Assembly (NCBI GenBank): GCA_965279525.1
Contig: CBDIIB010000005.1
Span: forward strand, 384,001 to 448,000
Direction of reading: 5' to 3'
DNA: 64,000 nucleotides
DNA from: Tagaea sp.
GTDB taxonomy: Bacteria > Pseudomonadota > Alphaproteobacteria > CACIAM-22H2
Shown here: positions 38,925 through 49,595 of the stretch, in pieces
Position numbering within the stretch: the stretch's first letter is position 1
Layout: the number at the start of each line of letters is the position of its first letter
Position numbers and translations under genes: made by a program
Notes under the pieces: model-generated
Databases searched by the model: none
Seen by the model: only the letters and a program-made list of their open reading frames with translations
Told to the model about the DNA's origin: nothing

Positions 38925-40594
38925 GCCGGCACCGTCGCGGCGGCCGTGCGGCGCACCTGTGCCACATGGAAGCGCGGCGTGACGAAACCTGCGTCGGTCA
39001 GCGAGGCGTTGGCCGCCGGGTTGCAGCCCGTCGCGTGATAGTCGCTGAACGCGGCCGACTGGTTGACGAACACGCCGCCGGTCAGGTTCTCCGACAGCGC
39101 CACGCCGGCATCGGCCGCGCGCTCCTCGGCCGCGGCGAGGAACGCCGCGTCGGTCGAATAGACGGCGGCCGTGATGGCCCCCTTCTTCGCGATGCTGCCG
39201 AACGCGGCGTCGAGGGCGCGCATCGGATCGGCCGACGTGACGAGATAGGCGACCGGCCCGAACATCTCCTGCCCGTAGATCGCGCTCTGGCTTTCGTCGA
39301 GAGCGACGACCAGCGGCGTGCGCACGGTGGCGTCCGCGAAATTGGGATGCGCCATCGCGGCACTGGCGCGCACGACCTTGCCCTGGCGGGCCGCCATCTC
39401 GATGCGCCCGAGCGTCGCCTGGTTCTGGATGGCGCCCAGCACTTCGGCCGCACGTGCGGGATCGCCGAGAAGCTTGTCGATGGCGAGGCCAAGCTGCGCG
39501 CCGAAATCGGCGGACGACATAACGTGCCGTCGGGCGTCTTCACGCCGGTGGCCGGCACGAAGATGTTCTGAGGCGTGGTGCACATCTGGCCCGAATAGAG
39601 GCTGAGCGAGAAGGCGAGGTTCTGGAACATGCCCTTCGCGTTGTCGGTACTTTCCACGATCGACGGCGTTGGTCCCCGCCTTCTCGGCGAAGATCGTCGC
39701 GTGGCCCGCGTTCTTCGACAGCCAGTCGCCGAAATCCGACCCGCCGGTATAGTCGATGATCGCGAGCTCCGGGCGCTTCGCCAGCGTCTGGGCCAGCGGC
39801 GCATATATGCCGTCGGCCATCAGCTGCACGGCATCGGGATCGAGGCCGGCTTCGGTAAGCACCGTGCGCGCGACACGCACGGTCATCGCGAGCGGCAGCG
39901 TGGCGGCCGGGTGCGGCTTCACCAGCGTGGGATTGCCGGTGGCGAGGTTGGCGAAGATCGCGGGATACGTGTTCCAGGTCGGGAACGTGGCGCAGCCGAT
40001 GGCAAGGGCGATGCCCTTGGGCACGATGCGGTAGTCCTTGTCGAGGACGAGCGGCGGGTTCTTGCCCTGCGGCTTTTCCCAGCGCGCGTGCGCGGGGACG
40101 CGCGACATTTCGCGCCACGCGGTCGCGACGGCTTCAAGCCCGCGGTCCTGCGCATGCGGGCCGCCGGCCTGGAAGGCCATCACGAAGCCCTGCCCGGTCG
40201 TGTGCATGACTGCGTAGGCGATCTCGAACGACATCCTGTTGAGGCGCGCGAGGATCTCGAGGCACACGCCGACTCGCGTCTCGGTGCCCGCCTTGCGCAG
40301 GCTCGTGCGCGCATGCGCGGCGTTGCGGAATGCCGTTTCGATGTCGAGGCGCGGATAGGCGATCTTGAGGTCGAAGCCGTAGGGCGAGCGTTCGCCGCCG
40401 ACCGTGCCGCTGGCGACCTGGTCAAGCGCGAAGGGCTGGCCGAGCTGGGCTTCGAACGCCTTCTTCGCGTCGTCGTTGGCGGTCTCGCCATAGATCTTGC
40501 CCGACGGCGCTTCCGGATAGGCCGACCAGTAGCCGCGCGCGTCGATGGCGGCGACGGCGGCATCGAGCGTGGCGCGATGGCGTTCGAAAAACAT
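38921..40594 (-). CDS. paaN: Phenylacetate degradation aldehyde dehydrogenase PaaN (two compensating frameshifts near 39661 and 39521)
   Basis: [32 protein letters not shown]; the [13 protein letters not shown] segment lies in another frame. Confidence 0.88.
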   Translation of the reverse strand: MFFERHRATLDAAVAAIDARGYWSAYPEAPSGKIYGETANDDAKKAFEAQLGQPFALDQVASGTVGGERSPYGFDLKIAYPRLDIETAFRNAAHARTSLRKAGTETRVGVCLEILARLNRMSFEIAYAVMHTTGQGFVMAFQAGGPHAQDRGLEAVATAWREMSRVPAHARWEKPQGKNPPLVLDKDYRIVPKGIALAIGCATFPTWNTYPAIFANLATGNPTLVKPHPAATLPLAMTVRVARTVLTEAGLDPDAVQLMADGIYAPLAQTLAKRPELAIIDYTGGSDFGDWLSKNAGHATIFAEKAGTNAVDRGKYRQREGHVPEPRLLAQPLFGPDVHHASEHLRAGHRREDARRHVMSSADFGAQLGLAIDKLLGDPARAAEVLGAIQNQATLGRIEMAARQGKVVRASAAMAHPNFADATVRTPLVVALDESQSAIYGQEMFGPVAYLVTSADPMRALDAAFGSIAKKGAITAAVYSTDAAFLAAAEERAADAGVALSENLTGGVFVNQSAAFSDYHATGCNPAANASLTDAGFVTPRFHVAQVRRTAAATVPA

Positions 40595-40670
40595 GCGCGT
40601 GGGTCCTTCAGGCTGGCCGTTCCGGCCGTCAGACTTAGCGCGAAATCAAGGGCTCCGGAAACCCCATTCG

Positions 40671-40686
40671 CTGACCGCCCGGTCAG
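40671..40686. promoter_or_regulatory. Candidate PaaR (TetR-type) operator
   Basis: Palindrome CTGACCG-CC-CGGTCAG between divergent paaN and paaG. Confidence 0.65.
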
Positions 40687-40751
40687 AGAACGGGGTTGCG
40701 GCATGCGCGGCGTCTTGGCATGGTCGAAGGCCACGGGGGAAACCGATCACG

Positions 40752-41531
40752 ATGGCCACCACGACGATCCGCACGGCGCTCGAGGACGGGGTCGCGACCA
40801 TAGCACTCGACCGTCCCGACAAGCTCAACGCCTTCGTGCCCGAGATGCACGCCGAACTGCGCGCGGCCCTCGAAGCCGCACCCGCATCAGGGGCGCGCGC
40901 GGTGTTCCTGACCGGCGAGGGGCGCGGCTTCTGCGCCGGCCAGGATCTGGGCCAGCGCAAGGCCGGCGACACGCCCGACCTGTCGGAGACGCTCGAGCGG
41001 CTCTACAACCCGCTGATCCGCACGATCCGCGACCTGCCGCTGCCTGTCGTGTGCGCGGTCAACGGTGTCGCCGCCGGAGCGGGCATGTCGCTCGCACTTG
41101 CCTGCGACATCGTCTTTGCCGCGCGCTCGGCCAGCTTCATCCAGGCTTTCGTCAAGATCGGCCTTGCGCCCGACAGCGGCTCGACCTGGTTTTTGCCGCG
41201 CCTTGCCGGCAACGCGCGCGCCAAGGGGCTCGCACTGCTGGGCGAGAAGATCACGGCCCAGCAGGCGTACGACTGGGGCCTGATCTGGAAGGTCTGCGAC
41301 GACGAGCGCGTCAAGGACGAAGCCCTCGGGCTTGCCCGCCATCTCGCCACGCAGCCGACCAAGGCGCTCGCGGCGATCAAGCGCGCGATCGACACCGGCA
41401 TGGACCGCACGCTCGACGCCCAGCTCGACTACGAGCGCCACATCCAGGGCGAGCTTGGCCGCACGGCGGATTATCGCGAGGGCGTGGCGGCCTTCTTCGA
41501 GAAGCGCAAGCCGCGCTTCGGGGGCAACTGA
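40752..41531 (+). CDS. paaG: 2-(1,2-epoxy-1,2-dihydrophenyl)acetyl-CoA isomerase
   Basis: Crotonase fold; RPDKLNAF, FCAGQDL, YNPLI, PDSGSTW. Confidence 0.9.
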   Translation: MATTTIRTALEDGVATIALDRPDKLNAFVPEMHAELRAALEAAPASGARAVFLTGEGRGFCAGQDLGQRKAGDTPDLSETLERLYNPLIRTIRDLPLPVVCAVNGVAAGAGMSLALACDIVFAARSASFIQAFVKIGLAPDSGSTWFLPRLAGNARAKGLALLGEKITAQQAYDWGLIWKVCDDERVKDEALGLARHLATQPTKALAAIKRAIDTGMDRTLDAQLDYERHIQGELGRTADYREGVAAFFEKRKPRFGGN

Positions 41532-41532
41532 G

Positions 41533-43047
41533 ATGGCCGCGATCCAGCCCGACCGCACCGTCGGCATCGTGGGTGCCGGCGCCATGGGCACCGGCATCGC
41601 GCAGATCGCCGCGAGTGCCGGCCACCGCGTGCGGCTCTACGACATGCGCGAGGGGGCGGTCGATACGGCCATCGCAAACCTGTCGAAGACGCTGGATACG
41701 CTCGTCTCCAAGGGCAAGCTTGCCGCCGACAAGGCCGACCTGATCCGCGGGCGGCTGGAGCCGGCCGAATCGCTCGGCGATTTCGACGTCTGCGCGCTGG
41801 TCGTGGAAGCCATCGCCGAGGAAGTCGAGGCCAAGCGCAAGCTCTTCGCCGACCTCGAAGGTGTCGTGGGCGCCGACTGCATCCTTGCGAGCAACACCTC
41901 GTCGCTGTCGATCTCGGCCATCGCGCGCGGCCTTGCCAGCCCCGAGCGCGTGGCCGGATTCCATTTCTTCAATCCGGCTCCCGTCATGGCGCTGGTCGAG
42001 ATCGTGTCGGGCCTTTCGACCTCGCACGACGTGGCGGCCACGCTGTTCGACACCGCGACCGCGTGGGGCAAGTCGCCCGTGCATGCGGCCTCCACGCCGG
42101 GCTTCGTCGTCAACCGCTGTGCGCGCCCGTTCTATGCCGAAGCGCTGCGCCTGCTGACCGAGCGCGCGGCCGATGCCGCCACCATCGATGCGGTGATGCG
42201 CGATGCCGGCGGCTTCCGCATGGGGCCGTGCGAACTGATGGACCTGATCGGCCACGACGTGAACTTCGCCGTGACCAATTCGGTGTTCGACGCCTATTTC
42301 AAGGACCCGCGCTATCTGCCCTCGGTCCTGCAGGCCGAGATGGTCGCGGCCGGAAGGCTGGGGCGCAAGAGCGGGCGCGGCTTCTTCGGCTATGGCGCAC
42401 AAGCCGACAAGCCCTACCCCTCGACCGAACCGGTGGGCACGCGGCCGGCACAGGTAATCGTCGAGGGCGAACTCGATTTCCTCGAACCGCTGGTCGCGCG
42501 CGCCAAGGACGTGGAACTCGCCGTCCATCGCCGCCCCGCAGGCGCGCGGGGGCCTTCGCTGCTGGTCGACGGCGTGGCGCTGCGCCTGACCGACGGGCGC
42601 ACGGCGACGGTGCGCGCCCGGCAGACGGGCGAGCATGCGCTGGTGCTGCATGATCTCGCCCTCGACTACACGGGCTGCACGCGCATCGCGGTTTCGGTCG
42701 CCGACCAGGCGACGGGCCAGGCCGCCGCGGTCGCGACCGGCTTCTTCCAGGCGTGCGGCATCGCGGTGTCGCTGATCGACGATGCGCCCGGCCTCATCGT
42801 CATGCGCACCTTCGCCATGCTGGTCAACGAGGCGCTCGAGGCCGTGCAGCAGGGCGTGGTCACGGCCGAGGGCGTCGACATCGCGATGACCAAGGGCGTC
42901 AACTATCCCAAGGGGCCGTTCGCGTGGGGCCGCGAGATCGGCCTGCCGACGGTCAAGACCGTGCTCGACAATCTGGCGGCCCACTATGGCGAGGACCGCT
43001 ACCGCGCGTCGCCGCGCCTCAACCGGCTGGTCGCGCGGGAACGATGA
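41533..43047 (+). CDS. paaH: 3-hydroxyadipyl-CoA dehydrogenase
   Basis: GAGAMG, SNTSSLS, HFFNPAP, PGFVVNR, duplicated C-terminal domain. Confidence 0.9.
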   Translation: MAAIQPDRTVGIVGAGAMGTGIAQIAASAGHRVRLYDMREGAVDTAIANLSKTLDTLVSKGKLAADKADLIRGRLEPAESLGDFDVCALVVEAIAEEVEAKRKLFADLEGVVGADCILASNTSSLSISAIARGLASPERVAGFHFFNPAPVMALVEIVSGLSTSHDVAATLFDTATAWGKSPVHAASTPGFVVNRCARPFYAEALRLLTERAADAATIDAVMRDAGGFRMGPCELMDLIGHDVNFAVTNSVFDAYFKDPRYLPSVLQAEMVAAGRLGRKSGRGFFGYGAQADKPYPSTEPVGTRPAQVIVEGELDFLEPLVARAKDVELAVHRRPAGARGPSLLVDGVALRLTDGRTATVRARQTGEHALVLHDLALDYTGCTRIAVSVADQATGQAAAVATGFFQACGIAVSLIDDAPGLIVMRTFAMLVNEALEAVQQGVVTAEGVDIAMTKGVNYPKGPFAWGREIGLPTVKTVLDNLAAHYGEDRYRASPRLNRLVARER

Positions 43048-43502
43048 GCGCGCGCTCCAAGGACGCGCTCGCCGCGAAGGCCGCCGATGCGATGTGGGCG
43101 CAGGACCGCGCGTCGAAGCATCTCGGCATGGAGCTGGTCTCGGCCACATCGGGCAAGGCCGTCATGCGCATGAAGGTGGTGCCTGAGTTCTGCAACGGCC
43201 ACGGCACGTGCCATGGCGGCTTCATCTTCTCGCTGGCGGATTCCACGTTCGCGTTCGCGTGCAACAGCCACAACAAGGTGACGGTCGCCAACAACTGCGC
43301 GATCACGTTCGTGGCACCTGCGTTCGAGGGCGACGTGCTGACCGCAAGTGCGGTCGAGGTGCATCGCGGCGGCCGCTCGGGCGTGACGGAAGTCGAGGTG
43401 CGCGGGCAAGACGGCGGGCTCGTCGCCCTGTTCCGCGGCCATTCGACCCAGATCAAGGGCGAGCTCGTGCCGGGACTGACATCAGAGGAACCGCACAAAT
43501 GA
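43044..43502 (+). CDS. paaI: Hydroxyphenylacetyl-CoA thioesterase
   Basis: NGHGTCHGGFIFSLADSTFAFACNS. Confidence 0.92.
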   Translation: MSARSKDALAAKAADAMWAQDRASKHLGMELVSATSGKAVMRMKVVPEFCNGHGTCHGGFIFSLADSTFAFACNSHNKVTVANNCAITFVAPAFEGDVLTASAVEVHRGGRSGVTEVEVRGQDGGLVALFRGHSTQIKGELVPGLTSEEPHK

Positions 43503-44698
43503 AAGACGCCTTCATCGTCGACGCGATCCGCACGCCGGTCGGCCGCTATGGCGGCGCGCTTTCGGGCGTGCGCACCGACGATCTCGCCGCCATCCCGCTC
43601 CGCGAACTCGTGAAGCGCAACGCGGGCGTGGATTTCGCCGCCGTGGACGACGTCGTGTTCGGCTGCGCCAACCAGGCGGGCGAGGACAACCGCAACGTCG
43701 CGCGCATGGCGCTGCTGCTGGCGGGGCTTCCCGTGGGCGTGTCGGGCACGACGATCAACCGGCTGTGCGGCTCGGGTCTGGATGCGCTTGCCATGGCCGC
43801 GCGCGCGATCCGCACCGGCGAATGCGACCTGATGATCGCGGGTGGCGTGGAAAGCATGAGCCGCGCGCCCTTCGTGATGGGCAAAGCGGAGACCGCTTTC
43901 AGCCGCGATGCCGCGATCTACGACACGACCATCGGCTGGCGCTTCGTCAATGCGCTGATGAAGCAGATGCACGGCATCGATTCGATGCCCGAGACGGCCG
44001 AGAACGTCGCGGCCGACTATAAGGTGAGCCGCGAGGACCAGGACGCCTTCGCCGTGCGCAGCCAGGCCAAGGCATCGGCGGCACAGGCCAACGGGCGCCT
44101 CGCGATGGAGATCGTCGCGGTCGAGACGAAGAAGGGCAAGGAGACGGTGCTCGTCGACAAGGACGAGCATCCGCGCGCCACGTCGATCGAAGCGTTGGCG
44201 AAGCTCAAAGCGCCCTTCCGCGCCGGTGGCACCGTCACGGCCGGCAACGCGTCGGGCGTCAATGACGGGGCGGCCGCTTTGCTGCTGGCTTCCGAGGACG
44301 CGATCAAGCGATTTGACCTCACGCCACGCGCACGCGTGGTGGGGGCCGCCACCGCCGGCGTGCCGCCGCGCATCATGGGGATGGGGCCGGCCCCCGCCAC
44401 GAAGAAGCTGCTCGCCAAGCTCGGCTGGTCCGTCGCCGATCTCGACGTGATCGAGTTGAACGAGGCGTTCGCGGCACAGGCCTTGCCGGTGCTTCGCGAA
44501 CTCGGCCTGGCCGACGATGCCGCGAACGTCAACCCGAATGGCGGGGCGATCGCGCTCGGCCATCCGCTCGGCATGTCGGGGGCGCGCATGGCGCTGTCGG
44601 CGATGATCGAGCTTGAGCAGAAAAAGAAGAAGCGCGCGCTCGCGACGATGTGCATCGGCGTGGGCCAGGGGATCGCATTGGCGCTCGAACGCGTGTGA
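43499..44698 (+). CDS. paaJ: 3-oxoadipyl-CoA thiolase (PaaJ/PcaF)
   Basis: CANQAGEDNRNVARM, NRLCGSG, NEAFA, GHPLG, CIGVGQG. Confidence 0.92.
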   Translation: MKDAFIVDAIRTPVGRYGGALSGVRTDDLAAIPLRELVKRNAGVDFAAVDDVVFGCANQAGEDNRNVARMALLLAGLPVGVSGTTINRLCGSGLDALAMAARAIRTGECDLMIAGGVESMSRAPFVMGKAETAFSRDAAIYDTTIGWRFVNALMKQMHGIDSMPETAENVAADYKVSREDQDAFAVRSQAKASAAQANGRLAMEIVAVETKKGKETVLVDKDEHPRATSIEALAKLKAPFRAGGTVTAGNASGVNDGAAALLLASEDAIKRFDLTPRARVVGAATAGVPPRIMGMGPAPATKKLLAKLGWSVADLDVIELNEAFAAQALPVLRELGLADDAANVNPNGGAIALGHPLGMSGARMALSAMIELEQKKKKRALATMCIGVGQGIALALERV

Positions 44699-44708
44699 GG
44701 ACACGTCC

Positions 44709-46099
44709 ATGGCGGCAAAGAAGAAGAAAGCCACCTTCCGGTTCAAACTGACATCGCGCGGCCCCGCCGCCGTCGCCGGCAAGCAGCTGCGCGGCGGCTG
44801 CCCGCGCAAGCTGCTCGACCCGATCGAGATCGCCAGCCGCGACGAGATCGCCGCGTTGCAGACCAGGCGCCTCAAATGGACGCTCGCGCACGCCTACAAA
44901 AACGTACCGATCTATCGCAAGAAGTTCGACGATGCCGGCGTGCATCCGTCGGACTTCCGCCGGCTGGAGGATCTCGCGATCTTCCCCTTACACCACCAAG
45001 GAAGACCTGCGCAAGGCCTACCCGTTCGGCATGTTCGCGATCCCGCGCGAGAAATGCGTGCGCATCCATGCCTCGTCGGGCACCACGGGCAAGCCGACGG
45101 TCGTGGGCTACAGCCGGGCCGACATCGCGAACTGGGCAAACGCTCGTCGCGCGTTCGATCCGCGCTGCCGGCGGGCTGCCGGGCGACCTCCTGCATGTCG
45201 CTTACGGCTACGGGTTGTTCACCGGCGGTCTGGGCGCGCACTACGGCGGCGAGGCGCTGGGCTGCACGGTGATCCCGATGTCGGGCGGGCAGACCGAAAA
45301 GCAGGTCCAGCTGATCGCGGATTTCAAGCCGCAGCTGATCATGGTCACGCCCAGCTACATGCTGGCGATCGCCGACGAGTTCGAGAAGCAGGGGCTCGAC
45401 CCGCGCCGGTCCTCGCTGCTGGTCGGCATCCACGGCGCGGAGCCGTGGACCGATTCGATGCGCAAGCAGATCGAGGCGCGCTTCGCGATGGATGCGGTCG
45501 ACATCTACGGTCTCTCGGAAGTGATGGGGCCGGGTGTCGCCAACGAGTGCATCGAGACCAAGGACGGCCCGACGATCTGGGAAGACCATTTCTATCCCGA
45601 GATCCTCGAGCCCGTGACCGGCACGCCGCTACCCGACGGCGACACGGGCGAGCTTGCGTTCACGACGCTGACGAAGGAGGCGTTCCCCGTCATCCGCTAT
45701 CGCACGCGGGACCTGACGACGCTGCTGCCGGGTACGGCGCGTTCGATGCGCCGCATGGCGCGCATCACCGGGCGCAGCGACGACATGATGATCGTGCGCG
45801 GCGTCAACGTGTTCCCGACGCAGATCGAGGAGCTGATCCTGAAGGATGCGCGGCTCTCGCCGCACTACGTGCTGGAGCTGCGCCGCGAGCACCATCTCGA
45901 CACGCTCGACATCGTCGTCGAGCCCCGGCCCGAGTGTGCCGCCGATGCCGTGGCACTGGGCAAAGCCGCCGCCCTGCTGGTGCAGAACGTGAAGGCCTAT
46001 GTCGGCGTGACGGCGGGCGTGACGATCGCGCAGGTCGGCCAGGTCGCCCGCTCGATCGGCAAGGCCAAGCGCGTCATCGACCTGCGCGCGAAGGAATGA
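44709..46099 (+). CDS. paaK: Phenylacetate-CoA ligase (two +1 frameshifts near 44988 and 45139)
   Basis: Three frames join into LDPIE...; [11 protein letters not shown]; [28 protein letters not shown]. Confidence 0.88.
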
Positions 46100-47661
46100 A
46101 TTTCGAGCAGCCGCGCTACGATTTCGTTCCGCCGCCGGAGCTTGGCGGGGGCCCGCCTGCCCGCCATCCCGTCGTGGTCATCGGTGCGGGCCCCGTCGGC
46201 CTCACGCTTGCCATCGATCTTGCGATGCGCGGCACGAAGGTCGTGCTGCTGGACGACGACGCCACCGTGTCGGTCGGCTCGCGCGGCATCTGCTATGCCA
46301 AGCGCACGCTCGAGATCTTCGACCGGCTGGGCTGTGCCGCCCCCATGCTCGACAAGGGTGTCACGTGGCAGGTCGGCAAGGTGTTCTTCGGCGAGGGGCA
46401 GGTCTATGCCTTCGACCTGCTGCCCGAGGGCGGCCACCGGTTCCCGGCCTTCATCAATCTCCAGCAATACTGGCTGGAGAAGTTCCTCGTCGACCGCGCG
46501 CAGGGCCTGCCCGGCCTCGACCTGCGCTGGCGCAACAAGGTGACGGGCGTGGTCAGCGCACGCTGACGCACGTCGATGCTGTCGGTCGAAACACCGGCCG
46601 GCCCCTATGAGATCGAAGCCGACTGGGTCGTCGCGTGCGACGGCGCGCGCAGCCCGACGCGCAAGGCTCTCGGCCTCGATTTCAAGGGACGCGTGTTCGA
46701 GGACCGCTTCCTGATCGCCGACGTACGCATGACGGCCCCCTTCCCGACCGAGCGCTGGTTCTGGTTCGAGCCGCCATTCCACGAAGGCGGCTCGACGCTG
46801 CTGCACAAACAGCCGGATGATCTCTGGCGCATCGACTTCCAGCTCGGCTGGGGGGCCGATCCGGAGAAGGAGAAGGACCCCGCGAAGGTTTCCGCGCGCG
46901 TGCGCGCAATGCTGGGGCCGGACGTGGAATTCGAACTCGAATGGGTCAGCGTCTACACGTTCCAGTGCCGGCGCATCGAACGCATGCGCCATGGCCGCGT
47001 GCTGTTCGCGGGCGATGCGGCCCATCAGGTCAGCCCGTTCGGCGCGCGGGGTGCGAACTCCGGCGTGCAGGATGCCGACAATCTGGGCTGGAAGCTTGCC
47101 CTCGTCGCGTCCGGGGCCGCACCCGAACGTCTGCTCGACAGCTACGATGCCGAGCGTGCGCAGGCCGCCGACGAAAACATCCTCAATTCGACGCGCGCGA
47201 CCGATTTCATCACGCCGAAGAACGCCGGTGCCCGCCGGCTGCGCGATGCCACGCTCGAACTGGCGCGCGACCATGCCTTCGCGCGGCGCCTCGTGAACTC
47301 GGGCCGCCTGTCGCTGCCCACGCATCACGCCGCTTCGCCGCTCAACACGCCCGACGCGGACGATTTCGCCGGCGGCCCGCCGCCGGGCTCGCCCGCCCTC
47401 GACGCGCCCGACGGCAAGGGCTGGCTGCTCGACCGGCTGAAAGGCGGGTTCACGCTGCTGCAGTTCGGCGGGGACGCGCACGCAAGCGCCAGCATCGTGC
47501 CGCCCGACCGCACCCAGGCCTGGCAGCGCTACGACGCGAAGCCCGGCACGGTCTACCTGTTCCGCCCCGACCAGCATGTCTGCTACCGCGCGCGGCGTTT
47601 CGACAAAGCCGCGATCGACGCCGCAATCGCGCGCGCCACTTCTCCGGAGACCCCGACATGA
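46096..47661 (+). CDS. FAD-dependent monooxygenase, MhpA/PheA-like (frameshift near 46560)
   Basis: GAGPVG in the first frame; [26 protein letters not shown] in the second. Confidence 0.85.
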
Positions 47662-47849
47662 CGAAACTTCGCACCGACCCCGCCCCGGGAAATCCGGACG
47701 AGCTCTACGCGCTGCTCGTCGACGCCTACCGCGACCTCGACGACGCCGCGTGTGCGAAGCTCGACGCGAAGCTCGTGCTGCTGCTCGCCAACCACATCGG
47801 CGACCTCGACACGATCCGCGAGGCGATCGCGGCGGCGCGCCGTTCTTGA
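47658..47849 (+). CDS. DUF2783 family protein
   Basis: 63 aa PDELYALLVDAY...LVLLLANHIGD; usual partner of this monooxygenase. Confidence 0.85.
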   Translation: MTKLRTDPAPGNPDELYALLVDAYRDLDDAACAKLDAKLVLLLANHIGDLDTIREAIAAARRS

Positions 47850-48069
47850 TATTTGTCCTAGTATAGGATAGTATCTTCCGGTCGAAAGGGAACCGGAAGC
47901 CATGCGGATCGGGGAATCACAGGCGGCGATATCGGCCAGAAAGCCCGTCGTTGCAGCAGAATTTGCGTCGCCTATCGTAACCTGTTTCCGTCCGGCCGGC
48001 CCGAGCGATTCCAGCGAGTTACCGGGCAAAATATCCTACATCACCGTGCATCGGCGCGTTACCCGTCGC

Positions 48070-49074
48070 CTAATTCCGGCCGACCGTCAGCACGATCTTG
48101 CCGATATGCGTGTCGGCCTCCATCAGCGCGTGCGCCTTGGCGGCGTCGGCCAGCGGGAACGTGGCGTGGATCAGCGGGCGCACGGTGCCGGCATCGAGCA
48201 GCGGCCACACCTTCTCCTTGAGCGCCGCCGCGATGGCGCCCTTCTGCGCCACCGAGCGCGGACGCAGCGTCGAGCCGGTATAGGTGAGGCGCTTGCGCAT
48301 GATCGCGTCGAGCTGGGCTTCGACCTTGGCGCCGCGCAGGAACGCGATCTGCACGATACGGCCTTCCACCGCGCACGCCTCGATGTTGCGCATGAAATAG
48401 TCGCCGCCGACCATGTCGAGGATCAGGTCCACGCCGTGCCCGCCGGTGAATTCCTTCGCGGCGGCGACGAAATCCTCTTTCTTGTAGTCGATCGCCCGGT
48501 CGGCGCCGAGCCTGGCGACGGCCGCGCATTTTTCGGCCGTGCCCGCCGTCGCCATCACGTGCGCGCCGAACGCCTTGGCAAGCTGCACGGCCGTCGTGCC
48601 GATGCCCGACGCCCCGCCATGCACGAGGAAATATTCGCCGGCCTTCAGCCCGCCGCGTTCGAACACGTTGGTCCACACGGTGAAAAAGGTTTCGGGCACC
48701 GCCGCCGCCTCGATGTCGGTGAAGCCCTTCGGGATCGGCAGACACTGCAATGCAGGTGCAGCCGCGTATTGCGCATAGCCGCCGCCGGCGACCAGCGCGC
48801 ACACGCGCTCGCCGATCTTCGGCCACGAAACGCCGGGGGCTGCGGCCACGACCTTGCCCGCCACTTCCAGCCCCAGCGTGTCGGGCGCACCGGGCGGCGG
48901 CGGGTATTTGCCCGTGCGCTGCAGCACGTCCGGCCGGTTGACGCCGGCAGCCGCCACCTCGACCAGCACCTCGCCCGCCTGCAGCACCGGCAGGGGCCTT
49001 GTCCCCAGCACGAGATTTTCGGCGGGCCCCGGAACGGGCAACTCGACGACGGACATCGTTTGGGGGAGACTCAT
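48070..49074 (-). CDS. NAD(P)H:quinone oxidoreductase, PIG3 family
   Basis: GVNRPD, LGLEVAG, HGGASGIG, GSTLRPR, HIGKI. Confidence 0.92.
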   Translation of the reverse strand: MSLPQTMSVVELPVPGPAENLVLGTRPLPVLQAGEVLVEVAAAGVNRPDVLQRTGKYPPPPGAPDTLGLEVAGKVVAAAPGVSWPKIGERVCALVAGGGYAQYAAAPALQCLPIPKGFTDIEAAAVPETFFTVWTNVFERGGLKAGEYFLVHGGASGIGTTAVQLAKAFGAHVMATAGTAEKCAAVARLGADRAIDYKKEDFVAAAKEFTGGHGVDLILDMVGGDYFMRNIEACAVEGRIVQIAFLRGAKVEAQLDAIMRKRLTYTGSTLRPRSVAQKGAIAAALKEKVWPLLDAGTVRPLIHATFPLADAAKAHALMEADTHIGKIVLTVGRN

Positions 49075-49103
49075 GGAAACCTCAATGATGGCGGAGACGG
49101 GCA

Positions 49104-49286
49104 ATGGAATTCGAGGATCTGGAACCCAAGCACAAGCTCGCCAAGCCCAAGGACCTGTCGGGCTGGGGGATCGCGGAACTGCAGGCGTATATCGAGCGGC
49201 TGCAAGGCGAGATCGCGCGCGCCCAGGCCGCCATCGACGCCAAGGACAAGCACCGCTCTGCCGCCGCCTCGTTTTTCAAGAGCTGA
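49104..49286 (+). CDS. DUF1192 family protein
   Basis: 60 aa DLS..IAELQAYIERLQGEIAR...AASFFK; divergent from the PIG3 gene. Confidence 0.85.
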   Translation: MEFEDLEPKHKLAKPKDLSGWGIAELQAYIERLQGEIARAQAAIDAKDKHRSAAASFFKS

Positions 49287-49293
49287 CCGGGCT

Positions 49294-49521
49294 TCAAGAG
49301 CTGACGCGGCGCGACTTGCGCGTGACGAACATCAGCCAGCCGACGGGGCCGAGCAGCAGCACGAGCACCAGCCAGCCCACGCGGTGGCCGATCGGGCAGC
49401 CGGAACCCGGCGGCGGGCGCCAGCCACCGGCCCCGCGCGCGAACAGCACGTGGCAAAGCGGCAGCGCCCAGCCGATCACGACGATCAAAAGGGCCTCGGT
49501 CTGGGTCAGCATGACGCTCAT
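49294..49521 (-). CDS. Small membrane protein
   Basis: 75 aa, two TM segments, WLVLVLLLGPVGW. Confidence 0.6.
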   Translation of the reverse strand: MSVMLTQTEALLIVVIGWALPLCHVLFARGAGGWRPPPGSGCPIGHRVGWLVLVLLLGPVGWLMFVTRKSRRVSS

Positions 49522-49595
49522 TCTGGCCTAGCGGGCGGCGAGGCGCTACAACGTTGCTGGAGACAGGCCCAGGCAATGGCAAGGACGAGGCGGAA

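Noticed and set aside
44980-45145. Programmed ribosomal frameshifting in paaK
   Set aside because: No canonical slippery heptamer, two shifts would be needed, and nearby genes show similar indels
47856-48045. 6S RNA
   Set aside because: Size fits, but the usual zapA/ygfA context and recognisable 6S sequence are absent; kept only as an unnamed candidate
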